Part shown: piece after piece, positions 1-9,733 of the stretch
Layout of the letters: the number at the start of each line of letters is the position of its first letter
How positions within the stretch are numbered: the first letter of the stretch is position 1
Assembly (NCBI GenBank): GCA_012522575.1
Contig: JAAYKE010000049.1
Location: 2,445-66,444 of the forward strand
Source: Armatimonadota bacterium
Lineage (GTDB): Bacteria > Armatimonadota > UBA5829
Direction of reading: 5' to 3'
Length of the DNA: 64,000 nt
Made by a program: the position numbers and the translations under genes
Notes under the pieces: model-generated
Seen by the model: only the letters and a program-made list of their open reading frames with translations
Databases searched by the model: none
What the model was told of the DNA's origin: nothing

Positions 1-150
1 CAGCAGCGTGGCAGAATATTTATTCGATGGCGTAAGCTGCCACGCCGCAACAAGCTCGGCCGGCTCCGAACGACCGCAGCCGACGATACTGCATAATGTG
101 GCGGCAAAGCCCAGTATGATAAATGCTACAACGATGGCTCTAATTTTCAT
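1..150 (-). CDS. N-terminal part of a putative lipoprotein (runs off window edge)
   Basis: ATG at 150 gives MKIRAIVVAFIILGFAATLCSIVGCGRSEP...; hydrophobic signal with IVG-C lipobox-like site; co-oriented with upstream genes. Confidence 0.55.
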   Translation of the reverse strand, partial: MKIRAIVVAFIILGFAATLCSIVGCGRSEPAELVAAWQLTPSNKYSATLL

Positions 151-200
151 TGACTCAACCCCAACCTGACCAACCCTTTCAATGAGCAAACCAACTGCAT

Positions 201-1769
201 CTACGGCAATGTGACAGGCAGCGTTCCCTTTGCATTAACTGCTCCGAAAATCACCGCAGCAGCAGCGTCAAGAGACTCTTTGCGATAGCCATAGGTGCAC
301 AGATATACCCCGATCTCCGGGAAATTGCGGATGTCGTATGGCTCGCGCACAGCCACAACTATTAGCTTTTTGCCAAGCCCATTCAGCATCTTTACCAGAT
401 CTGTCTGCAACACCTGATCGGTGGGAGCTTTCCAAGGCTCGCTGGGACAGGTTGGCATAATTATAACATCCGCGCCCGACGCAGCATCTGTAGCGGCCTT
501 GAGCACCCTTTCGCGGTCGCCTTCAAGTGGCACTATATTAGCGTCCTCAGAGTATTTTTGCACCGCCGATCCCAGATCACGAGTAGTGGTATGCAATCCC
601 ATAACAACGACTTTCTCCTCTGACTTGGGATGCAGCGGCACCACACTGCCTTCATTACGCACTATAGTTATGGAAAGTTCGGCTATATCGCGTTGAGTGG
701 AGAGGTGCGCAGACTTTCTCAGAGTCTTGTTAAGGGCGGCCGTATCGGTGAATCGGCGGTCATGAAGTTTATATTGATTTTTCAGCGCAGTAAGTCGGCC
801 TACGGACTCGTCTATGCGGGATTCGGAGATGCGCCCGTCCTTGACGGCCTTGATAATAGCCTCCCGCGAAGCCCTCTGCGTTTCCAGCGTATGGGGAATG
901 AGCACCAGGTCTACCCCGGCCTCGATAGCCATAACACACGCCTCCGGCACGCTCCATTTATCCGCTATGCCCTTCATCTCCATCGAATCGGTGACTATGA
1001 CTCCGTCGAAGCCCAACTCCTGTCTCAACAGACCTGTAATAATTTTGTGTGACAGCGTGGAAGGCAGGTCGGGATCCAGGGCCGGAAACATAATGTGCGT
1101 GGTCATAATGCTGGATACGCCGGCAGCGATCGCCCATCGAAATGGCGTCAGTTCAATCTTGTCCAGTCGTTCTCGCGGATATGGAACCGACGGCAGAGCC
1201 AGATGGGAATCTACGGCTGTGTCCCCGTGACCGGGGAAATGCTTGGCGCACGCGATCACTCCGGCGTTTTGATATCCGCCAATGGCCTGCGCTCCGAATT
1301 CACCAACCGCGTCCGGTGATTCCCCATAAGACCTTGTGCCAATTATCGGGTTGTCCGGGTTGTTGTTTACATCGACGCTTGGAGCAAAGTCGTAGTTGAC
1401 GCCAATGGCCAGCAACTCCTCCGCACATACAGCCGCAGCCGCCCGCGCAAGATCGGGCCTGCCGGTGGCTCCCAGGGCCATATTCGATGGCATAACGGTG
1501 ACTCCATCGACAAATCGAGCCACCATCCCGCCCTCTTGATCCACATTGATGAGCAGAGGCTCAACGGACATTTTCTGCAGTTCATTGATAGTGTTTGCAG
1601 TGACGCTAAGATCGTCGTGGCGTATATTGCGTCCCATAAGGATAATGCCGCCGACCTGCATATCTTCGACGATTTCACGAGCTTTATCGCAGACGGTAGT
1701 GTCCTGTTCGAGATCGTCGCCTTCCCAGCCTAACATCAACATCGCGCCTATTTTTTGTTCTACGTTCAT
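201..1769 (-). CDS. nagZ: GH3 beta-N-acetylhexosaminidase (NagZ-like, with C-terminal domain)
   Basis: DQEGG, KHFPGHGDTAVDSH and TDSMEM motifs; start placed at MNVEQK behind a GGAG RBS. Confidence 0.85.
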   Translation of the reverse strand: MNVEQKIGAMLMLGWEGDDLEQDTTVCDKAREIVEDMQVGGIILMGRNIRHDDLSVTANTINELQKMSVEPLLINVDQEGGMVARFVDGVTVMPSNMALGATGRPDLARAAAAVCAEELLAIGVNYDFAPSVDVNNNPDNPIIGTRSYGESPDAVGEFGAQAIGGYQNAGVIACAKHFPGHGDTAVDSHLALPSVPYPRERLDKIELTPFRWAIAAGVSSIMTTHIMFPALDPDLPSTLSHKIITGLLRQELGFDGVIVTDSMEMKGIADKWSVPEACVMAIEAGVDLVLIPHTLETQRASREAIIKAVKDGRISESRIDESVGRLTALKNQYKLHDRRFTDTAALNKTLRKSAHLSTQRDIAELSITIVRNEGSVVPLHPKSEEKVVVMGLHTTTRDLGSAVQKYSEDANIVPLEGDRERVLKAATDAASGADVIIMPTCPSEPWKAPTDQVLQTDLVKMLNGLGKKLIVVAVREPYDIRNFPEIGVYLCTYGYRKESLDAAAAVIFGAVNAKGTLPVTLP

Positions 1770-1813
1770 ATCATCTCCAAAATGGTCGTCGGTTTTCACG
1801 CCAAAATATAATG

Positions 1814-3322
1814 TCACCTGACCGAAGCCGGAACTTCTTCGACTTCGGGTTCCTTTGGTTGTTCGGCAATCACATTGAAGTCTACGCTAACCTGCTGTGA
1901 GCCGTAAAACACCGTTATCGGGCCTTTTCGAGCGCGTGACGGAATCCAATAGCCCTGCTGATTGACGAATCCCATGCCGTTGCTGACGGTCCATATAATC
2001 TTGTCGAGCTGCTCCTTAGATAGCGGGCAGCCGTCTTCTCCCTGTGTCAAGGATAGTTGGACTCCGTTGCCTACCACAAGGTCAGATCCGGGAGCGCATA
2101 TTGATAGATTCGGAATTTCATCGACAACTACGGGGTTTGCAAACACCAGCACTCCGTTGGCTACATTGCGCATAATTCCGCCGGAGAGGCTGTTGACGAT
2201 GCCTCCTCTATAGGACATCGTAGTTGAACCGCCGCCGTCGAGGTTGATCGCATCCGTCGCTCCCAGACGTTTCATAACAGCGGACAAGTCCGGCAGATTG
2301 ATCCCGCGGCTGATGCTTTGCCGCCCGTCCACTGTCACCATCATTAACTTGCCGTCGGCTGTTGCTCCCAGAGCGGTGCGGGGATGTCTTGCGGTGGAAA
2401 ATGAAGCTCCTACGCGCTCGTATTCGAGGCTGATATGCTCCTTGCCGTCCTTGAGAATCCACGGCCTGCCTCCTACCGCCTGCTGCACCTGGGTCCAGTC
2501 TATGCCGTTTGTGCTCTTGATATCAAAGCGCACGGTGAGTTTATCCCCGGGCTTGAGGTTCGCCTTAAGAAATGATGCGGCCGGGCCGCCCGCGGACAGC
2601 ACCATGCCATCTTTTGGTATAGGCGTGTGGACCGAGTCAGGCCGGACTTCGACAACGGTGAGATTGATGGTTTTGCCGCACTGCACCGGCAGGTTTTCCG
2701 CGCTGCAGATTATTTCCGTGCCTTTATATTTGCTGCGCGTCTGTGAATCGAACATGCCGGTATATGCGATCACCTGATTGGTTTCCCGGTCTCGATTTAT
2801 GCCGTCTATCTGCCGGCTGACACCGCTTGTCAAAGACAACTTGGCCTGCCATATCGGGTTATCAAAACGGCAGGTTCCATCTGCAAGAATAGCGGCAACC
2901 GCATGGCGAAATGAAGGCTCGCTGACCAATTCTCCGTCTATTATGCACACGCCCAGCGGATCGCCCGCTCGATCTGTCCCCATAGGAAAGAAATCGGCGT
3001 TGACTCCGAGAACTGCGCCGCGCCTGCCGGTCATCGAACCAATGGTTTCGCAGCCCTTTGTCGGTTGTTCGGTGAGGATGACATCCTGTCCAATGGCCGC
3101 TTTTATCGCGACTCCCTCCGCCTTTGGGTCCACCGTAACTGCATTTATAATCAGTTGCGCATCGCTGGTGGTGTTAATTTCCTGATATAACACCACTCCT
3201 TGAGCAAGCTCTCTGGTGGTAGTCGTCGTTGCCGCAGAGCACGAAGCCGACACCAGTAATATCAGACACAATGAGAGGCTGTAAAATCGAAAACGAGTCA
3301 ACACGTCACTTTCTCCTTGCAT
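1814..3322 (-). CDS. Exported phosphodiester glycosidase (NAGPA/DUF2233) family protein
   Basis: Signal peptide; NADFF, RHPRTALG, VDGRQ and NLDGGGST motifs. Confidence 0.85.
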   Translation of the reverse strand: MQGESDVLTRFRFYSLSLCLILLVSASCSAATTTTTRELAQGVVLYQEINTTSDAQLIINAVTVDPKAEGVAIKAAIGQDVILTEQPTKGCETIGSMTGRRGAVLGVNADFFPMGTDRAGDPLGVCIIDGELVSEPSFRHAVAAILADGTCRFDNPIWQAKLSLTSGVSRQIDGINRDRETNQVIAYTGMFDSQTRSKYKGTEIICSAENLPVQCGKTINLTVVEVRPDSVHTPIPKDGMVLSAGGPAASFLKANLKPGDKLTVRFDIKSTNGIDWTQVQQAVGGRPWILKDGKEHISLEYERVGASFSTARHPRTALGATADGKLMMVTVDGRQSISRGINLPDLSAVMKRLGATDAINLDGGGSTTMSYRGGIVNSLSGGIMRNVANGVLVFANPVVVDEIPNLSICAPGSDLVVGNGVQLSLTQGEDGCPLSKEQLDKIIWTVSNGMGFVNQQGYWIPSRARKGPITVFYGSQQVSVDFNVIAEQPKEPEVEEVPASVR

Positions 3323-3337
3323 AATTAAAGACCTGCG

Positions 3338-5020
3338 TTAATGACAGTCGGCCTGCCGGGCAAACAATACCGCGTTGGGCAGCAGGGCCTTGCTGCAGAT
3401 CCTGATTTCATCGAGCAGCCCTTTATACCGGTCTGCATATTTCCCATCCCGCCTCGCGCAGCCGACAAACCATCGACCATTTGAGAGTTCAAAGGGCTTT
3501 GAGCCAAGCTCGGCAGCGGTGTCAAGCTTCGGCCCGTCCCCATCGTCAATATAAAGCTTCAATTTGAAACCATTGCAGGCCACAGCGAGATTATACCAGT
3601 TATCAGCGATAAGAGCTTTGCGGGATACAATACGCTGGCCGCCCAATCGGACTTCTACCCGGCCATCGGAGGTCAAGGCAAAATCTATAACGGATTCTCT
3701 GCACAAGAACACCTGCCGTTGGGAGAGGCTACCGGGACGAAGAGATACTTCAACTGTCCAATTAGAAAACTTCTCAGTCTCTATCGATCCGTCAACGCTG
3801 CGCAAATAGCGCGCTTCTACACCCTGTTCCGGAGGCTCGGAGTTATCGTAGCTTCCCAGATTGAGCCTGAGAGTGGAGGTTATCCTGCGCGCAGGGACCG
3901 ACGCCGAGCCGGACCCGGTAGTATTGTAGGCATCCCCGCGCAGGTGATTATCCCTGCCCGATGAATCTAAAATATCGATCGACGGCAGCAGATTGCGCCC
4001 CGGAGTGCTGTCCTCGAACCGCCAGTATGCCTGCACGTAGCCCGGCGTCCTAGGGTCGGCCATAGTGAGCTTGCAGTTATCCTCATATACAGGCAGAAAC
4101 AACGGATACGGCGTCCCTCCGCTGTTCGGCTGATGTACGCTCAGGACAAGCCCCATTGACGGATGCCGAAAAATCTGCCCGTGACCGGCAAATCCATTAT
4201 ATAATATGCCTTCGTGCACCCACGGCCCCTCTACATCGCCGCCGACAGACCTGGCTATGGATACGGTGTAGCCCCAATGGACAGGGGCCGGCAGGATATT
4301 GTTTGTGGACCATGCCAGCACCAAGTCCCCGTTTGACAGGCGCAGCATCTGAGGCCCATCTGTGAGATAACAGGTTTGGCCTTCCTTGTTTCGCCAGGAA
4401 GCTGCGTATGGCGCGCTGCTGGCCTTGAACAGGAGTATGTCGATAAGCGGCTCAAGGGGCGCGGTGAGGTCGTGCTTCAGGCGAAGCGCCCTCATCTCCC
4501 CGTCCTGAATGGATACATGCTCGCGGGAATATACCATCCAGGGCTGTCCCTGCTTGTCTATATGCAAAGTGCCGTCTAGTGAGAAATATTCCGGGCCGTT
4601 GATCGGTTCGGGGCTGTGCACATGAAACGGCCCTCGCGGGGAATCGGCAGCAAGTATCTGCACCGCCCTTGCGCGACCCGGTCCTTCGAATGTCGCAAAG
4701 AGATAGAATTTATCCTTGTAGCGGAATACTTCAGGCGCCCAGTATGCCCAAACGCCCCAGAAATCGTCGGGTTTGCGCCACACTGGTTTGAGTTGGCTCC
4801 AGGTTTGCAGCGTGGGATCCGACGTCTCTCGAACATCAAACCCGCGCTTTCCGTCAGATGTGCGGCCGGTTCCGTACAGATAGCATCGACCTGTGGCTTT
4901 ATCGCAATAGATAAACGGGTCCCGAATTACAATATCGGATCTGGAGACCGTCTGGCCTGCCAGGGCTGTCGCCAGGCACATACAAAGCCCGACGGCATAA
5001 GAAATTACATTCATTTTCAC
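3338..5020 (-). CDS. Exported GH43 glycoside hydrolase with C-terminal LamG/ConA-like domain
   Basis: Signal peptide; IRDPFI, WAPEV, SLDG, TDGP motifs; C-terminal 'WYNLA...GLLDEIRI' LamG pattern. Confidence 0.8.
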   Translation of the reverse strand: MKMNVISYAVGLCMCLATALAGQTVSRSDIVIRDPFIYCDKATGRCYLYGTGRTSDGKRGFDVRETSDPTLQTWSQLKPVWRKPDDFWGVWAYWAPEVFRYKDKFYLFATFEGPGRARAVQILAADSPRGPFHVHSPEPINGPEYFSLDGTLHIDKQGQPWMVYSREHVSIQDGEMRALRLKHDLTAPLEPLIDILLFKASSAPYAASWRNKEGQTCYLTDGPQMLRLSNGDLVLAWSTNNILPAPVHWGYTVSIARSVGGDVEGPWVHEGILYNGFAGHGQIFRHPSMGLVLSVHQPNSGGTPYPLFLPVYEDNCKLTMADPRTPGYVQAYWRFEDSTPGRNLLPSIDILDSSGRDNHLRGDAYNTTGSGSASVPARRITSTLRLNLGSYDNSEPPEQGVEARYLRSVDGSIETEKFSNWTVEVSLRPGSLSQRQVFLCRESVIDFALTSDGRVEVRLGGQRIVSRKALIADNWYNLAVACNGFKLKLYIDDGDGPKLDTAAELGSKPFELSNGRWFVGCARRDGKYADRYKGLLDEIRICSKALLPNAVLFARQADCH

Positions 5021-5050
5021 TTCCGCTGGGTTTTATAGTCGGCATCCGGT

Positions 5051-7858
5051 TCAATTCGCCGCCGCAGACTGATCGGACACCTCAACGGGAACAACCAGCA
5101 TATCCCCGCCCCGGCTCAGCGACTCGGTTGACAGCCATTTGTTGTCGATGTTCAAATCCCACACCAGAATATATTTGCCTTCTTTTGATGGAACCTTGAC
5201 CTTGGCCGGCTGCACCAGCGCAACTGACGGGCCTAGCGTGGACGCAAGAGGACTGGTCTCGCTTTCCCATTGCACCTCGACGCCTTCATCGTCATACCAA
5301 TGATAGCCAAGAGAGGTCTTTTTGGCGTTCCACGGCTGCACTCCGGTATTGCGCAGAACCACCATAGCGTCCACGGTCTGTCCCTTCGGCAAAGTCGAGG
5401 CCAAATCCGTATCGACTATCCTCGGGCCATAGTCACTGTCCAGGACGCATATAGTCTGATTGAGAGTCCTCCCGCCGGCCTCTGAGAGCCGCTTTGAGCC
5501 GCTTGTAATATCGAAGCTGAGCTGGTATGTCCAGTCATCGTCGAGGTTTGACAAATCTAGCGTTTTTTTGGCGGCAGGGGCTAGAGTGAGGGTCATCGGC
5601 ACATCGACGATCTCACCCGGCTTGAGGTCTTTGCGCAGGTTTGCCCGCAGAGCCGGCATATCGACCTCTTGGGCCGGTTCATCCGGCTGACTCCGCATAA
5701 CCCTGACCAGTTTACACTCAATTTTGGTGTTTGAAGATTTCAGCGCCTCGGTTCCGTCGTTTCTGATCTTCACGGAAATGGGATAATTTGCGCCAAGGGC
5801 AACCATATTCGGCGCAGCGCTCGACAACATAGTCACTCCGAACTCTTCCGATGCGCCTATTGTGACGGGAATCATCATCGGAGTGTCGCCGAGAGCGGAG
5901 AACCACTTGCCGTCGGTCCCTCGCACAAGCTCAATGTGCAGTTCGCATGGCCCTTCTATCAAAGGGGAGCCTTGCGCCGTTACCGTGGCGATGCCGATGT
6001 TCATAGCCACGGAGTCGCCCGGGGCCACGTCTTTGTCCAGCGGCCTGCGAATCTTGCTCTCCCCAAAGAAGCGTCCGTTGCGATACCATCTATACCCAAG
6101 CGCATGGCCGGACTTCGCCCGCCAGGTCGTCTTGCCCACATTTCGAATGACAACATGAGCCTGCACGATCTGATTGGCAGCCAGCACCTTCGGAATATCG
6201 CAGCGCAGGAACCGAGCGGAATAGTCCCTGTCCACGACAAAGCGCTTGACGGAGTTCTTTGTGATATTAACCCTGCTTATGCCGAGTTTTTCGGTCGGGC
6301 AAATGCATTTTCCCGATGAATAGTCGTTCCACGCATCGCATACTACCCAGAGAGGGTTTGCCGCAATCGCGTCGTTCCACTGTTTGTCGTATGAATCGTC
6401 GGCGGTGATCCATGCCAAGCTTATGCGCGACTCTGATCCGCCCGCAACTGCATCGAGGGTATCCGCTTTCGACGCAAAGCCGGAATCGCCCATCCAAATC
6501 AGCGGGGAGCCGAAATCCTTGTCAAATCGCTCACTGCATCGGTCTACAAACTCCCGGCTCCACACGCCAGCCGACTCCGCATTAGCCAAACAGACTATCG
6601 CGGCTGGCCGCCCGGCATCCGGCTTGGCAGAGGGCGCAGAGGCGCGATACTGCGGAGGAATGCGATTGAAAAAATCTTTAATTGCGCCATATACGGCCAG
6701 CAGCGGCTGACTGCCGGATTTCAGGTAGGAAGTGTCGAAATACATGCCCACCACAGGATACGGCTTGCCCTCTTTGCGAAGCTCATCGAGAGCGGCCACC
6801 ATACAATCCAGACCCTTGTCGGCAGCCCCGGGACCCGCGCTGACCGCGGCCAGATAGTCCGGCAGGGCTACCGTAATACCCGCCAGAGCCATATTCGACA
6901 GCTCATCTTTGTGCCATTGCACTCGATCGTAGCTAAACCACGGCCCGACGCCATTGGCAGGAACGTCCTGCATATCCAACGAGCCGTTTTCATTGCGAAT
7001 ATTTTGCACCGGAGCCCGTTTTCTGGGGTCCGCCTGATACCAGTAGGTGTAACGGGCAAACACGGTTCTTTGGACGGGGAACTTGGCTTCATAGACAAAT
7101 CCCTCCGGCATCGGCAGATCCAGGGCAAAGGAGGTGTTATTATTCCACTCCTTGGCGTTGATTATCCCGTCAATCAGAGGGGAGCGCACGACATATTTGG
7201 TGGATAATATTTTCTCAATGCTGACCGTGGATGCAATGAAAGTATGCGCCGCATAGACCATCTTGACCCATTTTTCCGGAACCAGCAGGTCTTGGTCGGT
7301 TTTTACCTTCGGGGATAGGCTGATAAAGTCGTCCGGGTTGCTGTGCCTGCGTATGATAACATTGAACCCGACCATTTTGCCCATCGATGGAGCTTTCATG
7401 TTGAGCATTTCCCACGGCACGGCCATCTCAACGCAGTATGTGGTATCGATATCCTCGGGATTGTTTATAGTGCCCTGAACCGTAGCTCCGTATTTGAAAG
7501 TGTAGGCCGGGGTCATTTTCAGTCCCCCCGATTCATCGCCCGCCCTAAACCTCGACCCGCCTGCATCCGACACAGCCATTGCAAAGCAGGCAGGGGTAAT
7601 AGACTCGGAGCCTTTGTTGTCGGTCTCAATATAGAACTCGACCATGTCATCGCCTGCCAGATCGACGTTAGGCTTATCGTTGGTCGCCCTCACATCGGGG
7701 CTGTCGACCTTAAACGCGATGTAGAAATAGCTATCATCCCAGGTCGTATAGCAGTTGACCTGGTCTTTGGCGGCATCCTGCGCGAATGCGACGGAACCTA
7801 TAAACATCAAAACCACTGCACATAATATTGCACGCTTGACAATCATCCTGGACTCCAT
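5051..7858 (-). CDS. Large exported multidomain protein: CBM9-like domain, glycosidase-like barrel, repeated Ig-like (NBR1-FW-like) domains
   Basis: Signal peptide; 'WDDSYFYIAFKVD...EMAVPW' CBM9-like pattern; repeated 'RNxG..W....LGY.W' Ig-like modules. Confidence 0.6.
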   Translation of the reverse strand: MESRMIVKRAILCAVVLMFIGSVAFAQDAAKDQVNCYTTWDDSYFYIAFKVDSPDVRATNDKPNVDLAGDDMVEFYIETDNKGSESITPACFAMAVSDAGGSRFRAGDESGGLKMTPAYTFKYGATVQGTINNPEDIDTTYCVEMAVPWEMLNMKAPSMGKMVGFNVIIRRHSNPDDFISLSPKVKTDQDLLVPEKWVKMVYAAHTFIASTVSIEKILSTKYVVRSPLIDGIINAKEWNNNTSFALDLPMPEGFVYEAKFPVQRTVFARYTYWYQADPRKRAPVQNIRNENGSLDMQDVPANGVGPWFSYDRVQWHKDELSNMALAGITVALPDYLAAVSAGPGAADKGLDCMVAALDELRKEGKPYPVVGMYFDTSYLKSGSQPLLAVYGAIKDFFNRIPPQYRASAPSAKPDAGRPAAIVCLANAESAGVWSREFVDRCSERFDKDFGSPLIWMGDSGFASKADTLDAVAGGSESRISLAWITADDSYDKQWNDAIAANPLWVVCDAWNDYSSGKCICPTEKLGISRVNITKNSVKRFVVDRDYSARFLRCDIPKVLAANQIVQAHVVIRNVGKTTWRAKSGHALGYRWYRNGRFFGESKIRRPLDKDVAPGDSVAMNIGIATVTAQGSPLIEGPCELHIELVRGTDGKWFSALGDTPMMIPVTIGASEEFGVTMLSSAAPNMVALGANYPISVKIRNDGTEALKSSNTKIECKLVRVMRSQPDEPAQEVDMPALRANLRKDLKPGEIVDVPMTLTLAPAAKKTLDLSNLDDDWTYQLSFDITSGSKRLSEAGGRTLNQTICVLDSDYGPRIVDTDLASTLPKGQTVDAMVVLRNTGVQPWNAKKTSLGYHWYDDEGVEVQWESETSPLASTLGPSVALVQPAKVKVPSKEGKYILVWDLNIDNKWLSTESLSRGGDMLVVPVEVSDQSAAAN

Positions 7859-7902
7859 AAATCAGACAATAGATTGTATATCTGACCACCACATCTCATA
7901 AC

Positions 7903-9059
7903 TCAGGAAAACTTTTTGACAAACCGAGCAATGCGCTGCATGGCTTGCTCGATCTTCTCTATAGAAGTCGCATACGAACAGCGGACATGACCTTCTCCGC
8001 AGTCACCAAATGCATTCCCCGGCACAACAACCACTTTTTCTTCGAAAAGCAGACGCTCGGAGAAGTCATTTGAATTGAGGCCGGTTTCTTTGATCGATGG
8101 AAACGCATAGAACGCGCCTCCCGGCATCAGGCACGGCAGTCCCGCCTCATTCAGCCCTTTGACTATGACCCGTCTGCGCTGTGCATACTGGTCGATCATC
8201 TGCTGGCTGTCGTCGTAGCCGTTGTTAATGGCCTCCAGCGCGGCAATCTGCCCCATAATGGGCGCGCAGAGCATTGTATATTGATGAATTTTCATCATAG
8301 CTTCGATAATATCCGCCGGTCCGGCCGCATATCCGATCCGCCAGCCCGTCATCGCGTATGCCTTCGAAAAACCATTGAGATAGATAGTGCGTTCGTATGC
8401 TCCGCTCAAGGCAGGAACACATGTATGGGGCGCATCGTAGCTCAGGCGGTCGTAAATCTCATCGGTGATTATATACAGATCGTGCTCTTTTGCAATAGCG
8501 ACTATTTTTTCGAGGGTCTTGCGAGGCGCGACCGCTCCGGTAGGGTTGGATGGATAGCTAATGAGCAGCGCTTTGGTTTTCGGCGTGATCGCGGCTCGTA
8601 TTTTTTCCGGCTCGACACAGAATTCGGTCTCAGTGGTAGTTGGTATGCTTACGGGAACGCCGCCGGCAAATAGAATGCATGGCTTGTATGAAACATAACA
8701 CGGCTCCGGGCAGATAACTTCCTCTCCAGGATTGAGCAACGCCCTCATAACCAGATCCATAGCTTCGCTGACGCCCACAGTAATAAGAATCTGATCGTCA
8801 GGGTTGTATTCGAGTTTCTCCTGATTGAACAGATATGCTGATATGGCGTCGCGCAGTTCCTGCAGGCCGTAGTTTGACGTATAGCTGGTGCGGCCTCGTT
8901 CAAGTGACTGTATGCAGGCTTCGCGCACCGCCAGGGCGTGACGAAATCCGGCTCACCCACGCCAAGCGAAATCGCTTCCGGCATCTGAGCAGCAACATCA
9001 AAAAACCTGCGTATGCCCGACGCAGGCGTGGAATTTACAACATCAGAAATAGGCTTCAT
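7903..9059 (-). pseudogene. Class I/II PLP aminotransferase (YugH/AlaT-like), split by a 1-nt frameshift near 8929
   Basis: N-terminus MKPISDVV...ISLGVGEPDFVTPW is in one frame; VREACIQSL...DEIY...SKAYAMTGWRIG continues in another. Confidence 0.75.
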
Positions 9060-9150
9060 TATAGTATTTTGAATTACGAGGTCCGGATTGCGAACAAAAC
9101 GCCTCAACAGGCTCCCGCTCGCGACTCGTAACCGCAATATTCAGCATCGT

Positions 9151-9633
9151 CTACGGCGCAACGGCTAATCGATAATCCTCGCCGGTGTCGTCAAAAATAT
9201 CCCCGCCGTCCTTATACTTTTTGAGCAGGAAATTGGTCCGGGTTGACAGCACGCCTTCCAGATTAGACAACTTCTCCGCGACGAAGAACGCAACCTCCTG
9301 CATGGTCTTGCCTTCGACTACCACGCGCAGATCGAAGTCTCCCGATACTAAAAACACCGAATGCACCGCATCGTATTTGTATATCTCGCGGGCAATTTCG
9401 TCATAGCCGACTCCCTTGCGCGGGGTGACGCGCACATCAATGAAAGCAAATACGCGCTCCTTGCCTGCCTTGTCCCAGTCTACGATAGTCTTGTAGTGCC
9501 TGATGATCCCTCTTTTTTGCATCTCTTCGATGGCATTGACGATAACCTGCTCGGATTTGCCCAGCATAACAGCTATTTTCGATGCCGGAGTGCGAGCGTC
9601 CTGTTCGAGTATCGTGAGTATTTGGCGTTCCAT
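9151..9633 (-). CDS. Lrp/AsnC family transcriptional regulator (YugG/AlaR-like)
   Basis: N-terminal HTH 'ILEQDAR...IAVMLG'; AsnC ligand domain 'VSGDFDL'; adjacent to aminotransferase. Confidence 0.9.
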   Translation of the reverse strand: MERQILTILEQDARTPASKIAVMLGKSEQVIVNAIEEMQKRGIIRHYKTIVDWDKAGKERVFAFIDVRVTPRKGVGYDEIAREIYKYDAVHSVFLVSGDFDLRVVVEGKTMQEVAFFVAEKLSNLEGVLSTRTNFLLKKYKDGGDIFDDTGEDYRLAVAP

Positions 9634-9733
9634 ATCACGTCCTGTTGTCGAGTTGTTCCAATGATACATCCCCTGCCGGGCATAGTCAATCGTCACCAGC
9701 CGACCGGGGAGTCTGCACGGTCGAAATCTCGAT

